DNA of 64,000 bases from contig JBMORP010000006.1 in NCBI GenBank assembly GCA_049322655.1, positions 512,410-576,409 of the forward strand, in the 5' to 3' direction. Positions 59,250-64,000 of the stretch are shown piece after piece. The position numbers were made by a program, and so were the translations under genes. The notes below the pieces were generated by a model, which ran no database searches, was not told the origin of the DNA, and saw only the letters and a program-made list of their open reading frames with translations. Origin of the DNA: Patescibacteria group bacterium (GTDB lineage: Bacteria > Patescibacteriota > Microgenomatia > UBA1400 > PJMF01). Within the stretch, counting starts at the first letter, position 1. The number at the start of each line of letters is the position of its first letter.

Positions 59250-60335
59250 CTAAACTAAGGAGTAACTTACTCCTTTAGTAACTCCCTCTTTCTTGACCAC
59301 TCCTTTTTTGATTAAATCTCTAATATCACGCAAAATAGTATCAACTGAAATATTAGGTAAAACTGCTTGAGCCTCATCTGAAGTGATTTTCCCTTGGTTT
59401 TGCAAAAGTTCCAATAAAATAATTTGTCTTTCTGACAAAGCTACCTGAGAACCAAGCTCCTTTTTGAGCTTAAGATCTTTAGATAACTTTTGGACTTGAT
59501 GTTTTACTTTGTCTATTTCAACAGCCAAACCATAGCAAAAATATTCCATCCAAAAAGTCATATCAACGTTAGGATCCTGTTGAACAGATAGTAAGGCTTT
59601 ATAGTACTGCTGGACATCATTATCAAAGTACTGCTCTAAGGAAAAAAATCTCTTAAAATCGTAACCTAATAAATACAAAACTAAAGTAGCGAAAGCCCTA
59701 GCAGTTCGACCATTACCTTCTACATAGGGGTGAATATAAACCAGTTGATAATGAGTAATTGCTGCTTTAAAAATAGGATGAATCTGATTATTTGGGTCAT
59801 TTAACCAAGCAAATAACTCATTAACCAAAAAAGCTACCTCTACTGAGATTGGTGGCCGAAAAACTACCTTTCCATCACCAACTCCTCTAACAATCACTTG
59901 TTTTTTTCTAAAACTACCCACCTCATCCTCTTCAATCAAGCCATTCATTGTTAAAGAATGAAGCGTATGGAGTGTCGCTAAGTTAAATTCTGGTTTTCTC
60001 TCCAAAGCTTTTTGTTGGTCGATCCAAAGCAAAACATTGCGGTAATTAATTACTTCTTGAATATCTCTTTCTCTAGCAATAACTCCAGTTTTTTCAGAAA
60101 AATCTTTATTATCAAACTCTCCTTTAAAATGAATAACTTGCTTGGCTTGTTCTTCGCTAAGATCATTGCCTTCAATCTTTGTCCCAAAATGAACTGTTCT
60201 AGTCAAGGCTTCATCTCTAAACTTTGCCTCCCAAGCTGGAACTAAAGGAGCGCTATCAATAATTGCCTTGCTAGCCTCAATACTAGCGATGTAAGTCAAT
60301 AAGTTGTGAGTAATTTGAAAAACTGGCTGATACAT
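59250..60335 (-). CDS. Fic-domain protein with C-terminal wHTH
   Basis: HPYVEGNGRTAR Fic motif; TKIEGN inhibitory-type motif; DTILRDIRDL HTH. Confidence 0.92.
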   Translation of the reverse strand: MYQPVFQITHNLLTYIASIEASKAIIDSAPLVPAWEAKFRDEALTRTVHFGTKIEGNDLSEEQAKQVIHFKGEFDNKDFSEKTGVIARERDIQEVINYRNVLLWIDQQKALERKPEFNLATLHTLHSLTMNGLIEEDEVGSFRKKQVIVRGVGDGKVVFRPPISVEVAFLVNELFAWLNDPNNQIHPIFKAAITHYQLVYIHPYVEGNGRTARAFATLVLYLLGYDFKRFFSLEQYFDNDVQQYYKALLSVQQDPNVDMTFWMEYFCYGLAVEIDKVKHQVQKLSKDLKLKKELGSQVALSERQIILLELLQNQGKITSDEAQAVLPNISVDTILRDIRDLIKKGVVKKEGVTKGVSYSLV

Positions 60336-60445
60336 TTTGATATTATTCTAGAATAATTTTTGCAAAATATGCAAGGAATTTTAAAAACAACCAACCCAAC
60401 TTTTTATATACCTTCAGATTAATTCCAGTATAATAGCCATTAACT

Positions 60446-60751
60446 ATGTCAAATATTGATCCTCCTAAATCTATTCAAGATATGCCTCTAGTGATCATTA
60501 AAAACATGATTGCTCTAGCCACCAGTGGTTTCGGAGTTGTAGTTGCTCTAGCCTGGAATGAAGCGATTAAAACTACTGTTCAAACCTATATTTCTCCTAT
60601 TTTGGGAGAAAATAGTGGAGTTATTTCTTTATTTATTTATGCGGTAGTAGTCACTCTTTTGGCGGTGATGGTCACCATGCAACTAACTCAAATCCAAAAA
60701 ACTTTGGAAGAAGTTAATGAAACGTTTTTAAAAAACAAAAAAAAGAAATAG
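60446..60751 (+). CDS. small membrane protein (DUF5654-like)
   Basis: FGVVVALAWNEAI and YAVVVTLLAV. Confidence 0.75.
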   Translation: MSNIDPPKSIQDMPLVIIKNMIALATSGFGVVVALAWNEAIKTTVQTYISPILGENSGVISLFIYAVVVTLLAVMVTMQLTQIQKTLEEVNETFLKNKKKK

Positions 60752-60754
60752 ATA

Positions 60755-61546
60755 ATGACTAAGCCTCAAGAATTTTTCCAAAAGCTCAAGCTTCCTCATC
60801 CTGATTCACATAAGGGCCAAAATGGAAAACTGCTCATTATTGGTGGCTCCGAGCTATTTCATGCCGCCAGTAAGTGGAGTTTAGACATTGCTTCAAAAAT
60901 TGTTGATATGGTTTTTTATTCTTCAGTTCCAGAGAATAACGAATTGATTAAAATAGCCAAGCAAAATTTTTGGAATGGCATTGTAGTTCCCAGAAAAGAC
61001 CTTACAAAATACATTGAAGAAGCTGATTGTATTTTGATTGGACCTGGTATGGATCGATCAATAGAAACAGAAACAATCACTAACAACTTATTAAAAAAGT
61101 ATCAAAGTAAAAAATGGGTGATCGATGCAGGAGCTTTACAAATGCTAAATCCCAAACTTCTAACCAAAACTCATATTATTAGTCCTCACCATCAAGAATT
61201 AGTAAGACTAGAAAAAAACAATTTTTCATTGAAAGATTTTTCTGGAACAGTTCTTTTAAAAGGAAAAACTGACCAAATTTTAACCCCAACCGAACAAATT
61301 AAAGTTACAGGAGGCAACGCTGGTATGACCAAAGGCGGGACGGGAGATGTTTTGGCTGGTTTAGTAGCTGCCCTTTACTGTAAAAATTCAGCAATTACCT
61401 CCGCCACCGTCGGGAGTTTTATCTGTAAAAAAGCAGGAGATCAGCTTTTTGAAAAAGTGGGCCCATATTTTAATGCCTCTGATCTAGTTGAAGAAATTCC
61501 GAGAGTTTTGTGGCAACAACAAACTGCTAAAAAAGTAAATAATTAA
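60755..61546 (+). CDS. nnrD: ADP-dependent NAD(P)H-hydrate dehydratase
   Basis: SHKGQNG.LLIIGGS, IGPG, VIDAGAL, SPH..E, LKG, GGTGDVLAG. Confidence 0.92.
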   Translation: MTKPQEFFQKLKLPHPDSHKGQNGKLLIIGGSELFHAASKWSLDIASKIVDMVFYSSVPENNELIKIAKQNFWNGIVVPRKDLTKYIEEADCILIGPGMDRSIETETITNNLLKKYQSKKWVIDAGALQMLNPKLLTKTHIISPHHQELVRLEKNNFSLKDFSGTVLLKGKTDQILTPTEQIKVTGGNAGMTKGGTGDVLAGLVAALYCKNSAITSATVGSFICKKAGDQLFEKVGPYFNASDLVEEIPRVLWQQQTAKKVNN

Positions 61547-61586
61547 AACTAAAAAATAGTGAACTTATATAAGAAGACCTAGTTTT

Positions 61587-62636
61587 TTAAAGCTTAACTA
61601 CCTTTAAATCTTTAATTTTATTCTTTAAAAACTCCTCAGTTTCTTCATGAGCCGTTGAAATCACGGTTTGGTATTTATTTACTAATTCTAGAACCATTTC
61701 TTGAGCATCCTCATCTAGTTCAGAAAAAATGTCATCTAGTAAAAAAACCGGTAATTGAGCCCTTATTTTCTCAACAAACTGCAACTCTCCCAACTTAAGC
61801 CACAACACCGCCAACCGTTGTTGCCCTCTAGAACCAAAAGCCGCTACATCCCTATTGTGGAGTTTTTCACTAACGAACAACACTTGGAAGTCATCTTTAT
61901 GAGGACCAGTTAATAAGTGGCCTGCAGCGATGGCTTTTTCTCGACGAGAAGAAATATCATTTTCGCTAATTTCAGAAATTAAATATTTGATATTAAAATC
62001 AAAAGGAAAAATCACGGTTCTTAAAAAACTAAAAAACTCTTGTCTTTTGACTTGCAAGTATTGACCATGTTTGACCAACATCATTTCCCAATATTGCAAT
62101 ACTGACCGCGGCTGTTCTCCTTCTCGAACCAACTCAAATAAACGATTAATTCTCTTCAAAGCCTGTTCATAATTATGCAAAGAATGAGCATAATTAAGAT
62201 CAATCGTACTCAAAACACCATCAATAAACGCCCTTCTTCTGCCAGGAGAACCCTCAATCAATCTCATGTCTTCTGGTCTAAAAATTACTGCAAAAAATTG
62301 CCCAACAAAATCTTTTTTTCTTTTTTTAGCTCCATTTAAGGCATAGTGTCTTTTAAGAGTTCTTTTTCCTTGGATTTTTCCTCTAGTCAAAGTTATCTCT
62401 AAAGTATCCTCGTCTATCTTTCCACCCACTCTGGACAAATCTTTTTCAAAAGTAATCATTTCATCTATAACAGAGGCTCGAAAACTATCCCCATGAGAAA
62501 GTAAATAAATTCCTTCCATAATGGTGGTTTTTCCGACTCCATTCTTTCCTGAAAGGAGCGTTCTTTCAGCAAAATCGACTTGTTGCTGAAGAAAAGTTCT
62601 AAAGTCTTGAAAAAGTATAGTCTTGATTACTTGCAT
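61587..62636 (-). CDS. recF: DNA replication/repair protein RecF
   Basis: FR, GKNGVGKT, P..RR.F.D, GPHKDD, GSRGQQR, LLDDIFSELD. Confidence 0.96.
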   Translation of the reverse strand: MQVIKTILFQDFRTFLQQQVDFAERTLLSGKNGVGKTTIMEGIYLLSHGDSFRASVIDEMITFEKDLSRVGGKIDEDTLEITLTRGKIQGKRTLKRHYALNGAKKRKKDFVGQFFAVIFRPEDMRLIEGSPGRRRAFIDGVLSTIDLNYAHSLHNYEQALKRINRLFELVREGEQPRSVLQYWEMMLVKHGQYLQVKRQEFFSFLRTVIFPFDFNIKYLISEISENDISSRREKAIAAGHLLTGPHKDDFQVLFVSEKLHNRDVAAFGSRGQQRLAVLWLKLGELQFVEKIRAQLPVFLLDDIFSELDEDAQEMVLELVNKYQTVISTAHEETEEFLKNKIKDLKVVKL

Positions 62637-62641
62637 ATGAT

Positions 62642-62974
62642 CTATTTTTTAGTTTTCCAAGCATACCAAAATCTAAAAAATAAATAACATAAAACTAATT
62701 GCCAAATAAGACAAAAATACTTGATCCAAAACCATAAAAAAGTTTTTAATGTTTTTAATTCAGGAAAAAACTCAAAAGCTCCCAAAAAAACAAACACTAA
62801 CTTAAAAAACAAGAGTATTAAGATTGGAGAAAAAATTAAAATTTTAAATAAATCCTTTCTAACTAAAAACTGCACTGTTTGGTATGGGTGAAAAAACAAT
62901 CCCTGAATTACTTGAAAAACAGAAAATCCCAAAGATGATGACCAATAAGATATTTTTATCACACCATTTTTCAT
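62642..62974 (-). CDS. hypothetical membrane protein
   Basis: Hydrophobic ORF coupled to neighbours; HPY motif. Confidence 0.6.
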   Translation of the reverse strand: MKNGVIKISYWSSSLGFSVFQVIQGLFFHPYQTVQFLVRKDLFKILIFSPILILLFFKLVFVFLGAFEFFPELKTLKTFLWFWIKYFCLIWQLVLCYLFFRFWYAWKTKK

Positions 62975-63153
62975 AAATAATTAACTCTTAATAACGACAA
63001 AGCTGCAGCCACTCCCAAAACGATTTTCCACATGTGAATAATAAAGTAACTAGCAAGACCACTTAATGAACTAGGTAGTAAGTGAGTCTGCTCTAACTTG
63101 GCTTGACGTTTTGCTTCTGTTTCTAGAACTTTTAAGAATTGCTGTTCTTTCAT
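62971..63153 (-). CDS. small protein with C-terminal TM (possible anti-sigma)
   Basis: Start overlaps the sigma stop codon. Confidence 0.55.
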   Translation of the reverse strand: MKEQQFLKVLETEAKRQAKLEQTHLLPSSLSGLASYFIIHMWKIVLGVAAALSLLRVNYL

Positions 63154-63728
63154 TAGTCAAGGTACCCTTTGGCCAAATAAATTTCTTTAAATTCTCTTCT
63201 GGCCCTAAACAAATCGGCTTCAACAGCTTTAACTGTTTTTTTTAGTTTTTGAGCAATTTCAGTCACTTTTTTCTTATCAAAGTATTTCAATAACAATAAG
63301 TTTTTATAATCAGTTCTCATTTCATTCAGCACCTCTTCAACTTTGTCATTCAATTCGCTAGAACCCAACAGTGGTTTCTGTAAAATTTCTTCAAACAAAG
63401 GAATTACTTTTAAAGCTTTTTTTGCGTATTTCTTTCGGTAAAAATCAGCTATTTCATGCAATAAAATACTAGTCATCCAGGTTTTTAACTTAGACTTTTC
63501 TTGGAAAAGATGGATTTGCTTAAGAGCATTAATAAATGTCTCTTGAACTATCTCTTCTGCATCCTTTTTGTTAGCTACTTTTTTTAAAGTTAGCCTTAAA
63601 AAACTTGGAAAGTAGTTTTTATACCAAGTCCTAACAGCTCGCTTATCACCAGCTTTTAGTTTTTTAACTAAAAGTGTTGGCTCTTTTATTTGCGGTAGAA
63701 CTGATAATAGATTCTTATTATTCACCAT
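63153..63728 (-). CDS. ECF RNA polymerase sigma factor
   Basis: DAEEIVQETF, F..KS.LKTW...I, EIA..L.KTVKAVEADLFRAR. Confidence 0.92.
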   Translation of the reverse strand: MVNNKNLLSVLPQIKEPTLLVKKLKAGDKRAVRTWYKNYFPSFLRLTLKKVANKKDAEEIVQETFINALKQIHLFQEKSKLKTWMTSILLHEIADFYRKKYAKKALKVIPLFEEILQKPLLGSSELNDKVEEVLNEMRTDYKNLLLLKYFDKKKVTEIAQKLKKTVKAVEADLFRARREFKEIYLAKGYLD

Positions 63729-63754
63729 AATTTTACTGTTATAATAACACTAAC

Positions 63755-64000
63755 ATGTTAAGTTCTTTGATTGCGCAAAATGTAGGAGGTGGTGGAATTG
63801 ATCTTGGGTCAACTCTTACTCTGGGAGATGGCCGAGCTGTTAAGGATGTTTATAAGACTCCAGCAGATTTAGTCAATCTATTAGTTCCAAACTTGTTTAT
63901 TATCGGTGGAGTTATTATTTTTGGACTAATGTTAATTGCTGGTTATAAATTTATTTCCGATTCTGCTAATGCCAAAAAAGAAGCTTTGGTTATTTTCAAA
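63755..64000 (+). CDS. pilin-like (VirB2/TrbC-type, CPR) membrane protein, partial (runs off window)
   Basis: Hand translation MLSSLIAQNVGGGGIDLG...LFIIGGVIIFGLMLIAGYKFISDSANAKKEA; open frame to window end; TGTTATAAT 9 nt upstream. Confidence 0.65.
   Translation, partial: MLSSLIAQNVGGGGIDLGSTLTLGDGRAVKDVYKTPADLVNLLVPNLFIIGGVIIFGLMLIAGYKFISDSANAKKEALVIFK

Noticed and set aside
3639-60245. Many short antisense or alternate-frame ORFs nested in long genes
   Set aside because: They are shadows of well-supported genes and show no recognisable motifs.

Overview
AT-rich bacterial chromosome segment. Gene content (short S1, CPR-type VirB4/TraG-like ATPase, archaeal-type ATP-dependent ligase, isopentenyl phosphate kinase, CPR-type pilin) suggests Patescibacteria/CPR, probably Microgenomates; this is inference. 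Layout: (1) 1-2.6 kb, 5' two-thirds of a 23S rRNA plus tRNA-Ala with its own promoter and no adjacent 16S. (2) rpsA. (3) About 5-38 kb, a large strand-switching surface-glycan locus with many glycosyltransferases, Wzx, Wzm/Wzt and four WaaL/O-OTase-like proteins. (4) 38.2-42 kb, four paralogous Cys-rich, Pro/Thr/Ser-rich surface proteins; three carry an LPxSG-type C-terminal tail and one is split by a -1 frameshift. (5) A tRNA-Ile with a UAU anticodon, a MacAB-like ABC exporter and housekeeping genes (IPK, lgt, pth, ligase, Fic, nnrD, recF, ECF sigma). The best candidate for an undescribed system lies inside the glycan operon at 17.3-19.2 kb: an anchorless S26-type peptidase, a divergent QueC-like enzyme, an unannotated 34-aa YxxP peptide and a PqqD/RRE protein, i.e. 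a RiPP-like cassette. A second QueC-like paralog sits with a PLP decarboxylase, a methyltransferase, a MazG-like protein and a GT-C at 28.8-34 kb. All family calls come from motifs read by eye; no database searches were run.
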